This document shows positions 51,321 to 62,344 of a stretch of DNA of 64,000 nt, in pieces. Position 1 is the stretch's first letter. Each line of letters starts with the position of its first letter. Made by a program: the position numbers and the translations under genes. This stretch comes from Nostoc sp. (lineage in GTDB: Bacteria; Cyanobacteriota; Cyanobacteriia; Cyanobacteriales; Nostocaceae). The DNA lies in contig JBALDB010000031.1 of NCBI GenBank assembly GCA_036918135.1, forward strand, positions 1 to 64,000, written 5' to 3'. Below the pieces are notes generated by a model. That model did not search any database. It had not been told where the DNA came from and worked only from the letters and a program-made list of their open reading frames with translations.

Positions 51321-52649
51321 ATGGTATTCTTTAACCAAAAATTTAGGCTCGCACTAAGTTGTGCTGGTTTATTAGTTGTCAGTTTAGCCAGTAGCTATCT
51401 ATATACTCACCTAAAAACTAAACAGCTAACCCCACAAGAACGAGGCTTAACTCAACAAGAAAATTCTGCCTCACTTCAATCATATATTTCTTTGACTTCA
51501 AATCAAGCTGCTCATCCACTCATACCTAACTGGGAAAATTCTTTTGTTGTTGAGCAAAAAATAGACAAGCAAAATGCTCATTCATCTCAACAAAATTTGT
51601 TAGCTGCATCTACATCTTATCCAGTTGTCGATGAATTCAAAAAATATAAATATAGCGTTAATGGCAGCCAGGTTTTTACTCCAGTCAAACTGCCAGCTAA
51701 TAAGGTTAACTTCAATCAAACAGATTTATTAACTGTTCTTATCAATACTAGAAAATATTTTCAAGACTACGCTTTACAAGACCCCGATATTCTCCGAACA
51801 GGAGTGCTTGCTACTCAAGGAGTTACTGTAGAAGATGTTCTCAAAACTTTGGACTTCATGGTTACTGTATTAAATGAGGATATCACTAACCACCGAACTA
51901 CTCGGTTACAAGACCCTAAGTTTATCAATGCAAATTTTCGAGTTATTAAATGGACTGCCTACAACCCTAAAAACAAACAACAAAAACAATTAAGAATTAC
52001 TAAATATGCTGTTTTTACTCATACTGGTTCTCGCAAGAAAACCTCTACTTACAATACGGCAATTTATAGCCTAAAAGATAACTCTAATACTGATAAGTTT
52101 TATACTAAATATACAAAACAGGATGTCTTGTCTGGTATTTACGAACCAGGTGGGAGAGAATTTGGCAAAGTTCAAAGTCTTGCTTATCTAACTAGAACTG
52201 GCTTAGAAGAAGCCTTGATGCAGGGAACAATTTTGATTAATTTCACAAATGGTTATAAAGCATTTTTTAATGTAGATAGAAATAATGGCATGTCTTATAT
52301 TCGCGGATTAAAACCAACAGCACAAAAGCGTTATTGGTATTTTAGAGAAGTTGATGCTATTAAAGGCTATGGATACAAAATAGATGCAAAAATTTCTATC
52401 AAACCAGGAGTTACTTTTGCGGGAGATGTTCTGAATGTTGGTTTAGGCAAAGTAATTATCATTGAGCAGAATAAAGGTGGTAGCAAACATCTACAAATGG
52501 GAGTTATGGCGGATACAGGCGGAGCATTTTTACCCAATCTTTATCAACTCGATTTTTTAGCAGGTATTTTTCAAAATCAAAAACAATTTAGCCAACATAT
52601 CAGCCAATTACCTGATTATGCTACAGCATATTTTTTAGTTAAGAAGTAA
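51321..52649 (+). CDS. Membrane-anchored hypothetical protein with possible 3D/MltA-like C-terminal motif
   Basis: N-terminal TM helix; ITKYA and MADTGGAF....QLDFLAG resemble the MltA/3D DTGGA...D motif. Confidence 0.55.
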   Translation: MVFFNQKFRLALSCAGLLVVSLASSYLYTHLKTKQLTPQERGLTQQENSASLQSYISLTSNQAAHPLIPNWENSFVVEQKIDKQNAHSSQQNLLAASTSYPVVDEFKKYKYSVNGSQVFTPVKLPANKVNFNQTDLLTVLINTRKYFQDYALQDPDILRTGVLATQGVTVEDVLKTLDFMVTVLNEDITNHRTTRLQDPKFINANFRVIKWTAYNPKNKQQKQLRITKYAVFTHTGSRKKTSTYNTAIYSLKDNSNTDKFYTKYTKQDVLSGIYEPGGREFGKVQSLAYLTRTGLEEALMQGTILINFTNGYKAFFNVDRNNGMSYIRGLKPTAQKRYWYFREVDAIKGYGYKIDAKISIKPGVTFAGDVLNVGLGKVIIIEQNKGGSKHLQMGVMADTGGAFLPNLYQLDFLAGIFQNQKQFSQHISQLPDYATAYFLVKK

Positions 52650-52823
52650 CGTTAGAATTTAGCAGAGTTTGATACCCAAACTTAATAAGTTTAAAAAGTC
52701 AAATTAGTCATTTCTATTGACTTTATAGCAATTCTAAATGAGAAAGTGAAAAATCTTAATGGTGGCTGTTGACTGTCAATTGTTAACAGTCAACAAAATA
52801 TGAGTCCTATATCAATTGTCTAG

Positions 52824-54026
52824 TTAATGCAAAACTTCCCAATCTTGCAGCAAGGAAATAGCATCTTTATAGAATGATAAATCCACTTGATTAACTTCCA
52901 TTCCCTGTCCGATTCCTTCTAAAAGGGTGATTGTTAATTTTCCTCCTAAATGTTCGCGGAACTCGGTAAGACCCCTAAATATACAATCCGGATGGTCTGG
53001 GCGATCTAATTGCTCTGTGAGTGCTGGTACATACAAAGTAAAGCCTAATTTCTTAAGTGTGCTTAGAACCCTTTGCCACTCTGATTGTAAAAGTTGCCCT
53101 ATTAAATATGAATAAGTTGTGTCTAAAGCAATACCGATCGCCACAGCTTCCCCATGACGTAAACTATAATTGGTTAAATGTTCCAGCTTGTGAGCAGCCC
53201 AATGTCCAAAATCTAAAGGACGCGATGAACCCATTTCAAAAGGATCGCCACCACCAGCAATATGTTCTAAGTGCAACTGGGAGCAGCGATAGATCAGCTT
53301 TTCCATAATCTCCATGTCTCGATTAGCTAATCTATCGGCATAAGTTGTAATAAAATTGAAGAAATCCGCATCTTTAATCAGCGCTACTTTTACGGCTTCT
53401 GCAATCCCCGATCGCCAATCGCGATCGTCAAGGCTAGTAATAAAATCAAAGTCATTCAATACAGCATAAGGTGGCATGAATGTACCAAGAAAATTTTTCT
53501 TGCCAAAGGCATTAATTCCATTTTTCACCCCGACACCAGAATCATTTTGTCCTAGTACTGTCGTCGGTACCCGTAGCAGTCGAATTCCTCGGTGAGCTGT
53601 TGCTGCTGCGTATCCTACCATATCCAGCACGGCTCCACCTCCGATTGCTAATACGTAGGAGTGACGACACAATCCAACTGCATCGATTACCTGATGAATT
53701 TGTTCTATGAATCTAGAATCGTTCTTGACTGCTTCTCCACCCGGAACTATCATCGGTTCACCACTCAAGGTGAATACATTTGCATAACGCTGTGCGTAAA
53801 CTGATAATTTTTTTAGCAACCCATTTTGGTAATTTAAAACTCCTCCATCTACCACTACTAACACTTGTTTTGGAGTTATCTCGCCATTTGCAGCAATCAC
53901 TTGTACCAGTAAAGGATTATCTAACTCAAACAAACCTCTAGTAAAACAAACATCATACTTGAAGGTTACTTGAACACATTGATTAATGGGTTGCAGATTG
54001 ACAGCAGTCTGTTGTTTGATAGCCAT
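52824..54026 (-). CDS. eboD: 3-dehydroquinate-synthase-like sugar phosphate cyclase (EboD)
   Basis: GGEAVKN, GGGAVLD.VGYAA, PTTVLGQNDSGVGVKNG, DFGHWAAHKLE, HGEAVAIG; divergent from eboABCEF. Confidence 0.85.
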   Translation of the reverse strand: MAIKQQTAVNLQPINQCVQVTFKYDVCFTRGLFELDNPLLVQVIAANGEITPKQVLVVVDGGVLNYQNGLLKKLSVYAQRYANVFTLSGEPMIVPGGEAVKNDSRFIEQIHQVIDAVGLCRHSYVLAIGGGAVLDMVGYAAATAHRGIRLLRVPTTVLGQNDSGVGVKNGINAFGKKNFLGTFMPPYAVLNDFDFITSLDDRDWRSGIAEAVKVALIKDADFFNFITTYADRLANRDMEIMEKLIYRCSQLHLEHIAGGGDPFEMGSSRPLDFGHWAAHKLEHLTNYSLRHGEAVAIGIALDTTYSYLIGQLLQSEWQRVLSTLKKLGFTLYVPALTEQLDRPDHPDCIFRGLTEFREHLGGKLTITLLEGIGQGMEVNQVDLSFYKDAISLLQDWEVLH

Positions 54027-54772
54027 ATTTTATGTGATTAATTTTTAACTAATTGTATATAGATGTGCTACTTCAATTAAGATTAGCAGCAAGTTCAACA
54101 AAATAATTTTTGCACTTCAGTATTCAAAGGATTTACCAAATAATTAAAGCTAATAATTTAGCCTCTATTGTCTCTTTTGTGAAAGCTCATACTATAAGAT
54201 TGTTGCTTGACAGCTTTCAAAGCCTACAGCAAAAGGTTTCCTGATTTACGTATGCATTAGACCTGTTGCAAAAGTCCCCTTACACCCCATCCCCAGCCCT
54301 TAAGAGTAGGCTCTTAGGGAAGACTTTGACTTTTGTCAAAGGCTCTTTGAGGTTCTTTTTTGATTTATACAAAAAGTCTATTATTTAATCGCAATCTCAG
54401 TGGCTCTGCCATAAAAGAAGCAGTATAAACATCAATGATTGCTTTACACTGCCTTCATCCATTGTTGGAGCGAGTCTAAAGTAACATTTATTGCAAATTT
54501 ATTCATGCCTAGACTTTATATCTAACTTTGGTAGTAGAGATCGTGATTACATAAAATTCTAATTTTTTTAAGTAACCTTACTTCCAATTTTATCACCCCA
54601 AAATCATATCTTTATAGTATCTTATTTATAGAGACTATATTTTATAGATTCAATGAAGTTATTAGCTAAGTATATACTATAAGTACTGATTAAATAACAA
54701 AGTATCAAAATTAATGCTAAATATTATACATAGTTGTTACAAAAAAGTTGGGCAACTTCTCCTGAATTTATC

Positions 54773-55639
54773 ATGAGTAAAGTAAACAAGTTACTACATC
54801 AGTGGTTAGTACAGTCTGTTTCAGATGTAGCTATTAGTTGGTTGGAACAGAAGCAGACACAGATTGCTAGCGGTACTGATGAGCGAGTGTTTTTCACAGC
54901 TTTTAGTGCGGTGCCGCGTTATCTGGGCAAACAGAATTTGCAGCTAACATCCCAAGACATAGAGGCAGCACACCAAGCAATTCCTGGTTGGAATCCGAGT
55001 ATTTGGAGTGTAGACCAAGCAGGTCGCACACTCTTGATTTTAGCTTTGCCCCAGGATGATGCCCAAGCTTATGTGCGATCGCTTGATAAAGTCTTCTCTA
55101 GTGCCGATATGGGCGAGTTAGTTGCACTTTATCAGAGTTTGCCCTTATTACCACATCCAGAATTACATCGCCACCGTGCTGCTGAGGGAATTCGTAGCAA
55201 TATGAGCAATGTGTTCCAAGCCATAGCACTTTGCAACCCTTATCCGGCCGATTATTTAGATAATGCTGCTTGGAATCAGATGGTATTGAAAGCTGTGTTT
55301 GTCGGTAGTCCGTTGCATCTAATTTGGGGTTTAGATCGTCGCGCCAACCCAGAATTAGCAAAAATGTTGACAAATTATGCCCATGAACGTTGGGCAGCTA
55401 AACGGTTAGTTACCCCAGAACTTTGGCGACCTGTAGGTAAATTTGCTGATAGCGCAATCATCGCAGATTTAGAAAAAGTCTTAACTAGTGGGGATATAGC
55501 CGAACAACAAGCAGCAGCATTAGCATGTGCTGAATCATCTTTACCCGAAGCGCAAGCATTACTTGCTCATTATCCAGATTTACAGTCATCCATAGAACAC
55601 GGTAACTTGACTTGGAGCAGTTTTAGCCGCGAGCGTTGA
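54773..55639 (+). CDS. eboA: EboA domain protein
   Basis: AEGIRSNM..VF.AIA..NPYP, WNQMVLKAVF, ERWAA.R.V.PELW. Confidence 0.9.
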   Translation: MSKVNKLLHQWLVQSVSDVAISWLEQKQTQIASGTDERVFFTAFSAVPRYLGKQNLQLTSQDIEAAHQAIPGWNPSIWSVDQAGRTLLILALPQDDAQAYVRSLDKVFSSADMGELVALYQSLPLLPHPELHRHRAAEGIRSNMSNVFQAIALCNPYPADYLDNAAWNQMVLKAVFVGSPLHLIWGLDRRANPELAKMLTNYAHERWAAKRLVTPELWRPVGKFADSAIIADLEKVLTSGDIAEQQAAALACAESSLPEAQALLAHYPDLQSSIEHGNLTWSSFSRER

Positions 55640-55679
55640 AAGAATCTGAGGACTAGGCAATAGGATAAAAAATACTATT

Positions 55680-55711
55680 TCCCAGTCCCCAATCCTCAGT
55701 CCCCAATCCCT
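55680..55711. repeat. STRR1-type CCCCA(A/G)T heptamer repeats
   Basis: CCCAGTC CCCAATC CTCAGTC CCCAATC visible. Confidence 0.75.
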
Positions 55712-55721
55712 AAACCACACT

Positions 55722-56624
55722 ATGATGTTTATCGATCCTCACATTCACATGTGTTCCCGTACTACTTACGATTACTTAGTAATGCGGGAATATGGCATCG
55801 TCGCCGTTATTGAGCCAGCTTTTTGGTTAGGACAACCCCGAACTAACGCTGGTACATTCAAAGATTATTTCAGCAGTCTTGTGGGCTGGGAACGGTTTCG
55901 TGCAAGTCAGTTTGGCATTCAACATTACTGCACAATTGGCTTAAATCCCAAAGAAGCTAACAATGACGCATTAGCAGCAGAAGTTATTGAATTGCTACCG
56001 CTTTATGCTTGTAAAGAAGGAGTTGTTGCAATTGGCGAAATTGGCTACGACGACATGACAGAAGCAGAAGATAAATACTTTTGCCAACAGTTAGAATTAG
56101 CCAAAGAACTCGATATGTTGGTACTAATTCATACTCCTCACCGGAATAAGAAAGCGGGTGCTATTCGGAGTATGGAACGGTGTATTGAATATGGTTTAGA
56201 TCCTTCACAAGTAGTTATCGATCATAACAATGAGGAAACTGTTGAAGAAGTACTAAAACGGGGTTTTTGGGCGGCTTTTACGATTTATCCCCAGACAAAA
56301 ATGGGTAACGCCAGGATGGTGGAAGTTGTCCGCAAATATGGACGCGATCGCATTATTGTCGATAGTAGTGCTGATTGGGGAATTAGCGATCCATTAGCAG
56401 TTCCAAAAACGGCTCAGTTGATGTTAGAAAGAGGCATTCCTGAAGAAGATGTACGAGCAGTTTGTTACGAAAATGCTTTAGCTGCTTACAGTCAAACTGG
56501 ACAGATGCAAGCATCAGACTGGCTCAATCCCCAATCTATCGATCAGCGTCAGCTATTCAGTGGTAACTCTGTATTGCGAGGACAAGAACCAGGTGTTAAT
56601 TCTGTTTCAGTGCTGATTGAATAG
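55722..56624 (+). CDS. eboB: TatD-family hydrolase (EboB)
   Basis: DPHIHM, GEIGYD, IHTPH, IDHN, SSADWG.SDPLAVP. Confidence 0.9.
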   Translation: MMFIDPHIHMCSRTTYDYLVMREYGIVAVIEPAFWLGQPRTNAGTFKDYFSSLVGWERFRASQFGIQHYCTIGLNPKEANNDALAAEVIELLPLYACKEGVVAIGEIGYDDMTEAEDKYFCQQLELAKELDMLVLIHTPHRNKKAGAIRSMERCIEYGLDPSQVVIDHNNEETVEEVLKRGFWAAFTIYPQTKMGNARMVEVVRKYGRDRIIVDSSADWGISDPLAVPKTAQLMLERGIPEEDVRAVCYENALAAYSQTGQMQASDWLNPQSIDQRQLFSGNSVLRGQEPGVNSVSVLIE

Positions 56625-56708
56625 AAAGCTATAGACGTATTGGATAAATATTTTCACAATCCAAATTCTCAAATCCAGAATAGTATTACTACCCAAGGAG
56701 TCAGAGAA

Positions 56709-57641
56709 GTGAATGTTGCAAACTTGAATTTTCAAAGTTGGCGGGGTTATTTTGAATTGATGCGTCCGGCTAATATTGTTACTGCTTGGGCGGATATTCT
56801 AGTTGGCTTTGCTGCTTCTGGCTCGGGAATGATTTTCGCTAAATTAATCAATGGAGAAGCAAATTTCGCAAATTTGATTCCATTAGCTTGGTTGTTATTA
56901 GCTACAACTGGTTTATATGGCGGCGGTATCGTTTTCAATGATATTTTTGATGCCCAATTAGATGCAAAAGAGCGACCAAATAGAGCAATTCCTAGTGGTC
57001 GTGTGTCTCTTCAAAATGCTACTTTATTAGGCAGCATATTGTTTGCCATTGGTATTGGAGCAGCTTTTCAAGTATCTTGGTTGAGTGGGGCGATCGCAAT
57101 ATTCATTACTCTTTCAGCACTGCTGTATAATTCCCTTGCCAAACATCATCCTTTTTTTGGCCCGCTTAATATGGGTTTGTGCCGGGGAAGTAACTTATTA
57201 TTAGGTGTGAGTGTTGTACCAGAAATAATAGGAGAACGTTGGTATTTAGTGCTAATTCCTGTTATTTATATTGCGGCGATTACTGCAATTAGTCAGGGTG
57301 AAGTTCATGGAGGAAAGAAAATTACAGGAATACTAGCACTAGTCTTGATTGCAATAGTTTTGGCAGCAGTTTTAGGATTAGGATTATTACCAGAGTATAC
57401 AGCGATCGCAGCATTGCCGTTTGCAGTTTTCTTGGCTATCCGAGTCCTACCTAATTTTGTAAAAGCTGCCCGCGAACCATTACCAGAAAATATCCGCAAC
57501 GCTGTAAAAATAGGTGTGTTGTCTTTAATCGTCTTAGACGCGACTGTTGCATCGGGTTTTGCTGGTTTGTATTACGGTTTAGCAGTCCTGATTTTACTGC
57601 CAATTTCTATGAAGTTAGCACAAATATTTGCTGTTACTTAA
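56709..57641 (+). CDS. eboC: UbiA-family prenyltransferase (EboC)
   Basis: MRPANIVTAWAD, NDIFDAQLDAKERP.R.IPSG, MGLCRG.N; AGGAG before GTG 56709. Confidence 0.92.
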   Translation: MNVANLNFQSWRGYFELMRPANIVTAWADILVGFAASGSGMIFAKLINGEANFANLIPLAWLLLATTGLYGGGIVFNDIFDAQLDAKERPNRAIPSGRVSLQNATLLGSILFAIGIGAAFQVSWLSGAIAIFITLSALLYNSLAKHHPFFGPLNMGLCRGSNLLLGVSVVPEIIGERWYLVLIPVIYIAAITAISQGEVHGGKKITGILALVLIAIVLAAVLGLGLLPEYTAIAALPFAVFLAIRVLPNFVKAAREPLPENIRNAVKIGVLSLIVLDATVASGFAGLYYGLAVLILLPISMKLAQIFAVT

Positions 57642-57793
57642 AAGCTAAATAGAGAATGTCACGCCCCAGTTGCTCCAGGCGCAGAGAGAAAGATTGAGTT
57701 TTTTATAAAATTTTGGAATTAGAAAAACTCAAAAATTTAAAAGCTCTCTGCGTTTGGGCGCGTGGAAATAATAAATAGAGGATAAAGTAGAAA

Positions 57794-59032
57794 ATGAGAA
57801 TTACAAAAAACAACTTTCACTTAACTTATTGCAGCAATATTCATCCTGGTGAAACTTGGGTAGAGGTGTTTGCAAATTTACAAAAATATATTCCTGAACT
57901 CAAATCGCGTTTATCACCTACAGAACCTTTTGGTATTGGTTTGAGGTTAGCAGATGCAGCCGCCAAAGAACTTTTAGAAAAAAATAACTTAGCTCAATTT
58001 CAAGAGTGGTTAACTCAAGAAGATTTATATGTTTTTACTTTGAATGGATTTCCTTACGGGGGATTTCATCGTCAGGTGGTAAAAGACCACGTTTATGCAC
58101 CAGATTGGTCTCAACAAGAACGCCTGAATTACACATTAAATCTTACACAAATTTTAGCAACTCTCTTACCAACTGGACTTGACGGCGGAATTTCTACACT
58201 GCCATTATCTTATAAACCTTGGTGGGAAGACCAAGCAAGTTTTGAGATAGTTTTGAAGAATAGTTGTTTGAATCTAGCATCACTTGTTGCAGAAATGATT
58301 CACATCAAGGAAAAAACAGGAAAATTACTCCATATTGATTTAGAACCTGAGCCGGATGGATTAATTGAAAATACCTCAGAAATCATTGATTTTTTCCAAA
58401 ATTGGTTACTGCCGATTGGTAGGAATTATTTATCAGAAAAATTGAATATCGAACAAAGTTTAGCTGAAACTAAATTGCTAGAACATGTTCGGATATGTTA
58501 TGATACCTGTCATTTTTCAGTTGAATACGAGCAGCCAAATTCTGTATTTACGCGTTTGCAATCAGCAGGAATTAAAATCGGCAAGATTCAAATCAGCGCT
58601 GCAATTCAAGTAAAAATTCCTGCTGAAGTTGAGAAACGTAGTCTGATAGTTGAACGCTTACGTCCTTTTGCAGAATCTACTTATCTTCACCAAGTAATCG
58701 AACGTCGCAGCGATGGTACACTATATCACTATTCTGATTTAATCACTGCATTACCACACTTAGAACAATCTCTAGCTCAAGAATGGCGGACTCATTTTCA
58801 TGTGCCAATTTTTATTCATGATTATAAAATTTTGCAGTCTACGCAAGATGATATTGCTACTGTTTTACATCTACTGCAAACAAATCATGCTTGTTCGCAT
58901 CTAGAAATTGAGACTTACACTTGGGATGTATTGCCATCAGATATAAAAATAGATTTGCTGACTTCTATTGAGCGGGAATATAACTGGGTATTAAAAGAAC
59001 TCCACAAGAATCCAGAAGACTTTGATAATTAA
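57794..59032 (+). CDS. eboE: Xylose-isomerase-like TIM barrel protein (EboE)
   Basis: LTYCSNIHPGE, TLNGFPYGGFH, LEPEPDG, CYDTCH, WRTHFHVP, LEIETYTW. Confidence 0.92.
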   Translation: MRITKNNFHLTYCSNIHPGETWVEVFANLQKYIPELKSRLSPTEPFGIGLRLADAAAKELLEKNNLAQFQEWLTQEDLYVFTLNGFPYGGFHRQVVKDHVYAPDWSQQERLNYTLNLTQILATLLPTGLDGGISTLPLSYKPWWEDQASFEIVLKNSCLNLASLVAEMIHIKEKTGKLLHIDLEPEPDGLIENTSEIIDFFQNWLLPIGRNYLSEKLNIEQSLAETKLLEHVRICYDTCHFSVEYEQPNSVFTRLQSAGIKIGKIQISAAIQVKIPAEVEKRSLIVERLRPFAESTYLHQVIERRSDGTLYHYSDLITALPHLEQSLAQEWRTHFHVPIFIHDYKILQSTQDDIATVLHLLQTNHACSHLEIETYTWDVLPSDIKIDLLTSIEREYNWVLKELHKNPEDFDN

Positions 59033-59082
59033 GCTGCTGAATTCTTACACAACTGGCTGCAAATTAAGAGGAAATTTTATTT

Positions 59083-60459
59083 ATGAAAAAAACGGTTATT
59101 CTAAATGTTGTAGGATTAACGCCTAACTTACTAGGAAAAAACACGCCGTTTTTGTCAGCTTGGGCTGCTAAAGGTCAAGTAGTTCCAGTCAAAACAGTGT
59201 TACCTGCTGTAACTTGTTCTGTTCAAGCTACTTATTTAACAGGAAAATTACCTGATGAACATGGGATTGTTGCTAATGGTTGGTATTTTCGAGATGAATG
59301 TGAAGTAAAATTTTGGCGACAATCTAATAAATTAGTACAGGCTCCGAAAGTTTGGGACATAGCTAAATCAATTGACCCAAATTTCACTTGTGCCAACCTT
59401 TTCTGGTGGTACAACATGTATTCATCAGTGGATTATGCCATTACACCGCGCCCAATGTATCCCGCAGATGGAAGAAAATTATCTGATATTTATACCCAAC
59501 CTAGTAATGTGCGATCGCCAATTCAATCGGATTTAGGTCAATTTCCTTTATTCGATTTTTGGGGGCCAAAAACTTCAATTAATTCTAGCCAATGGATTGC
59601 CAATTCGGCAAAATGGATTGAGGAACATTATAGCCCTACACTATCGCTAGTTTACTTGCCACATTTAGATTACTGTTTGCAAAAGTTTGGTCACGATGAA
59701 AAATACATCCAAACAGATTTACAGCAAATTGACGCTGTTTGTGGTGATTTAATTGAATATTATCAAGCACGAAATATTCAAATAATTATTCTTTCTGAGT
59801 ATGGCATTACTCCTGTTGACAAAGCAGTAGATTTAAACCGCATATTAAGAGCAAATAATTTAATTGCTGTCCGTGAAGAATTGGGGCGAGAATTGCTTGA
59901 TTTTGGAGCTAGTATTGCCTTTGCTGTAGCCGATCACCAGATTGCTCATGTATATGTCAACGATGCAGCCTACATCTCAAAAGTGCGATCGCTCTTAGAA
60001 GCCACTCCAGGTGTAGCGCAAGTATTGGATGAACAGGGTAAACAAGCCTACCATCTCGATCATCCCAGATCCGGAGAGTTAGTAGCGATCGCCCAACCTG
60101 ATGCTTGGTTTACTTATTATTATTGGCTTGACGATAACAAAGCGCCTGATTTTGCTAGAACCGTAGACATTCACCGCAAACCCGGTTACGATCCTGTAGA
60201 GCTTTTCCTCAATCCTCAAATTAAATTTCCTCAAGGAAAAATCGCTCTTAAGCTACTTAAAAAACAACTCGGTTTTCGCTACTTGATGGATGTGATTCCT
60301 CTGGATGCTTCTTTAGTGCGTGGCTCTCACGGTCATATTACCACTTCTGCAAATGAAGGGCCTCTATTTATCACCCATCAAACTCACCTTATCGATACAA
60401 ACATCATTGAGGCGACAGATATTTGCTCCTTGATTCTCAAACATTTAAATCCGCAGTAG
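59083..60459 (+). CDS. eboF: Alkaline phosphatase / nucleotide pyrophosphatase family protein (EboF)
   Basis: NVVGLT, PAVTCSVQ, HGIVANGW, YLPHLDY, SEYG, DIHRKPGYDP, RGSHG. Confidence 0.92.
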   Translation: MKKTVILNVVGLTPNLLGKNTPFLSAWAAKGQVVPVKTVLPAVTCSVQATYLTGKLPDEHGIVANGWYFRDECEVKFWRQSNKLVQAPKVWDIAKSIDPNFTCANLFWWYNMYSSVDYAITPRPMYPADGRKLSDIYTQPSNVRSPIQSDLGQFPLFDFWGPKTSINSSQWIANSAKWIEEHYSPTLSLVYLPHLDYCLQKFGHDEKYIQTDLQQIDAVCGDLIEYYQARNIQIIILSEYGITPVDKAVDLNRILRANNLIAVREELGRELLDFGASIAFAVADHQIAHVYVNDAAYISKVRSLLEATPGVAQVLDEQGKQAYHLDHPRSGELVAIAQPDAWFTYYYWLDDNKAPDFARTVDIHRKPGYDPVELFLNPQIKFPQGKIALKLLKKQLGFRYLMDVIPLDASLVRGSHGHITTSANEGPLFITHQTHLIDTNIIEATDICSLILKHLNPQ

Positions 60460-60512
60460 AGGATGAGGCAGATAATATCAAAGACTCAATTAGATTTACT
60501 CCAAACTCAGCA

Positions 60513-61124
60513 CTATTTTTGGAACCAACGCCAGTTATAACGATTCCATTCATAAATTCCTTGAATTTCATACTCAGCGCCGTTGAAGAAGCGGACGATA
60601 CAATTAGTAGAAGAATTATCGCGATCGCTAGTTTCATTAACCTGAATTACAATCGAAGGAAACCATTCCGGCTTACACGGCCCATCTTCTTGCACCCATT
60701 CCCATAGTGCATTGGAAACTTCAATGCGATCGCCAACTTTCAACTTTAATGCATCTTCCAAATAAGCATACTTGTCAAAATGGTATGACTCAACACGGTT
60801 GAGCCACTGTAAACCGTAGCGCTGGCGGATAAATTGTACTGTTCCAGAGTCATTTTCCAACAGCCAATCATTAAGTAATTGCACTTTCCAAGTGCGGTTA
60901 CGTTGTTCCTCGGCCTTAACAAACTCTAAAAACGCTTCTAACTCCTCTGGGGTAAGTTCGTCTAAAGGATTAGCAATATCTGAAGCCCCGTAGTTAGAAT
61001 TTTCATGAATTTGCTCAATGACTTGCAATAATATCTCTTTCTGCACGTCAGTGAGAGGACACCCTATAGCATCACAACTATTAAAGGCTGCTTGCATAGC
61101 TGTTTCAATCTCATCTGGTGTCAT
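60513..61124 (-). CDS. Conserved hypothetical cyanobacterial protein
   Basis: 203-aa ORF with normal composition; no motif recognised. Confidence 0.7.
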   Translation of the reverse strand: MTPDEIETAMQAAFNSCDAIGCPLTDVQKEILLQVIEQIHENSNYGASDIANPLDELTPEELEAFLEFVKAEEQRNRTWKVQLLNDWLLENDSGTVQFIRQRYGLQWLNRVESYHFDKYAYLEDALKLKVGDRIEVSNALWEWVQEDGPCKPEWFPSIVIQVNETSDRDNSSTNCIVRFFNGAEYEIQGIYEWNRYNWRWFQK

Positions 61125-61226
61125 AAAATTTAAAGTAATTGAGGGTTTATTTACCTAATTATTACAAATGTTAAATTAAAAGATATTTTTTAGTGTTGAC
61201 TTACTTATCACCTCAGGGAAATCGCT

Positions 61227-61808
61227 ATGAGTCAAACTCAGTATCCAACAAAATTCCTGACTTTTGAGGAATTTCTGGCTTATGACGATCGCACTGATAC
61301 CCGCTATGAATTAGTAGATGGTGAACTAGTAAAAATACCAACTGAAAGTCAGGAAAACTGCGATATTGCCAAATTTCTGCTGTTCGAGTTGGCAAAGCAT
61401 TTTCCTATTGCCTTGCTGGCTTACAAGGACATTGAAATTGAAGTTAGTGGACGGCGAGCAAGCTGTCGGCTACCGGATCTGGTGGTGCATACGGAAGAGT
61501 CGAAAGCAGCTTTGATTAGCAGTCCTCGCAATCTGATTACCCGCGATATGCTCCCGCCTGCGCTAGTGATTGAAGTTGTTAGTCCCGGAACTGAGAACCA
61601 CAACCGCGATTACCGTTACAAACGCACGGAATACGCGGCTAGAGGCATTACCGAATACTGGATTGTCGATCCAAAGTCAAAACAAATCACTGTTTGTAAG
61701 TGGGTGGAGGGACAGTATGAGGATACTGTGTTGCAAGGTACGGCTCGGATTACATCAGATGTAGTACCCGATTGGGAATTGATAGTTGAGCAGGTGTTTG
61801 CTGTTTGA
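61227..61808 (+). CDS. Uma2 (DUF820) family endonuclease
   Basis: RYELVDGEL, PDL, LVIEVVSP, D..YK..EYA.RGI.EYWIVDP. Confidence 0.95.
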   Translation: MSQTQYPTKFLTFEEFLAYDDRTDTRYELVDGELVKIPTESQENCDIAKFLLFELAKHFPIALLAYKDIEIEVSGRRASCRLPDLVVHTEESKAALISSPRNLITRDMLPPALVIEVVSPGTENHNRDYRYKRTEYAARGITEYWIVDPKSKQITVCKWVEGQYEDTVLQGTARITSDVVPDWELIVEQVFAV

Positions 61809-61912
61809 CTGTTAACTGTTCACCATTATTAACCGTCATCAATCAACCGTAATTCCGTTGTAAGCTGAGGTTATAAGTCACAGAATTATTGAATTAAATT
61901 ACGGGGTCTTTT

Positions 61913-62344
61913 ATGCGGTTGCGCTCACTCACGGTCATTTTTATTTCCTTTTTCATCACTTTTTTATCGTGGGTGCTTACTCCCCCCGCTCTAGCACTGA
62001 CACAGATTAAATTATTTGATATTTCCTATAAAGATTGTCCACCAGAACTGGCAAAAGGAGCTGTTATCAGTAGTGGTAGCGCGGCTGCCAATTGCTTTCT
62101 TGTCACTGGCAAGGCAGAAAATGGTAGTAATAAAACAGTCTACGATGCAGATATTTTTGGACGCATTTATGATGCCAATAATGACTCAGTAATGCAAAAC
62201 CGCACCCGTCTTGGTTCGATTGCTGAGGTATCACCAGGTGTTAGCGATTTTGAATTGAGAATTTCTGTGCCCGCAAATCAACCTACTCCATTGAAGCTGA
62301 AGCAGTTCAAGGCAGCTGGATTTAGTGCTGCGGTACGTAAATAA
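61913..62344 (+). CDS. Conserved hypothetical exported protein
   Basis: Signal peptide (PALALT), two Cys; no function recognised. Confidence 0.7.
   Translation: MRLRSLTVIFISFFITFLSWVLTPPALALTQIKLFDISYKDCPPELAKGAVISSGSAAANCFLVTGKAENGSNKTVYDADIFGRIYDANNDSVMQNRTRLGSIAEVSPGVSDFELRISVPANQPTPLKLKQFKAAGFSAAVRK

Noticed and set aside
52824..54026. Housekeeping aroB or a mycosporine (mysA) cluster
   Set aside because: Context is eboABCEF; no O-methyltransferase or ATP-grasp genes adjacent
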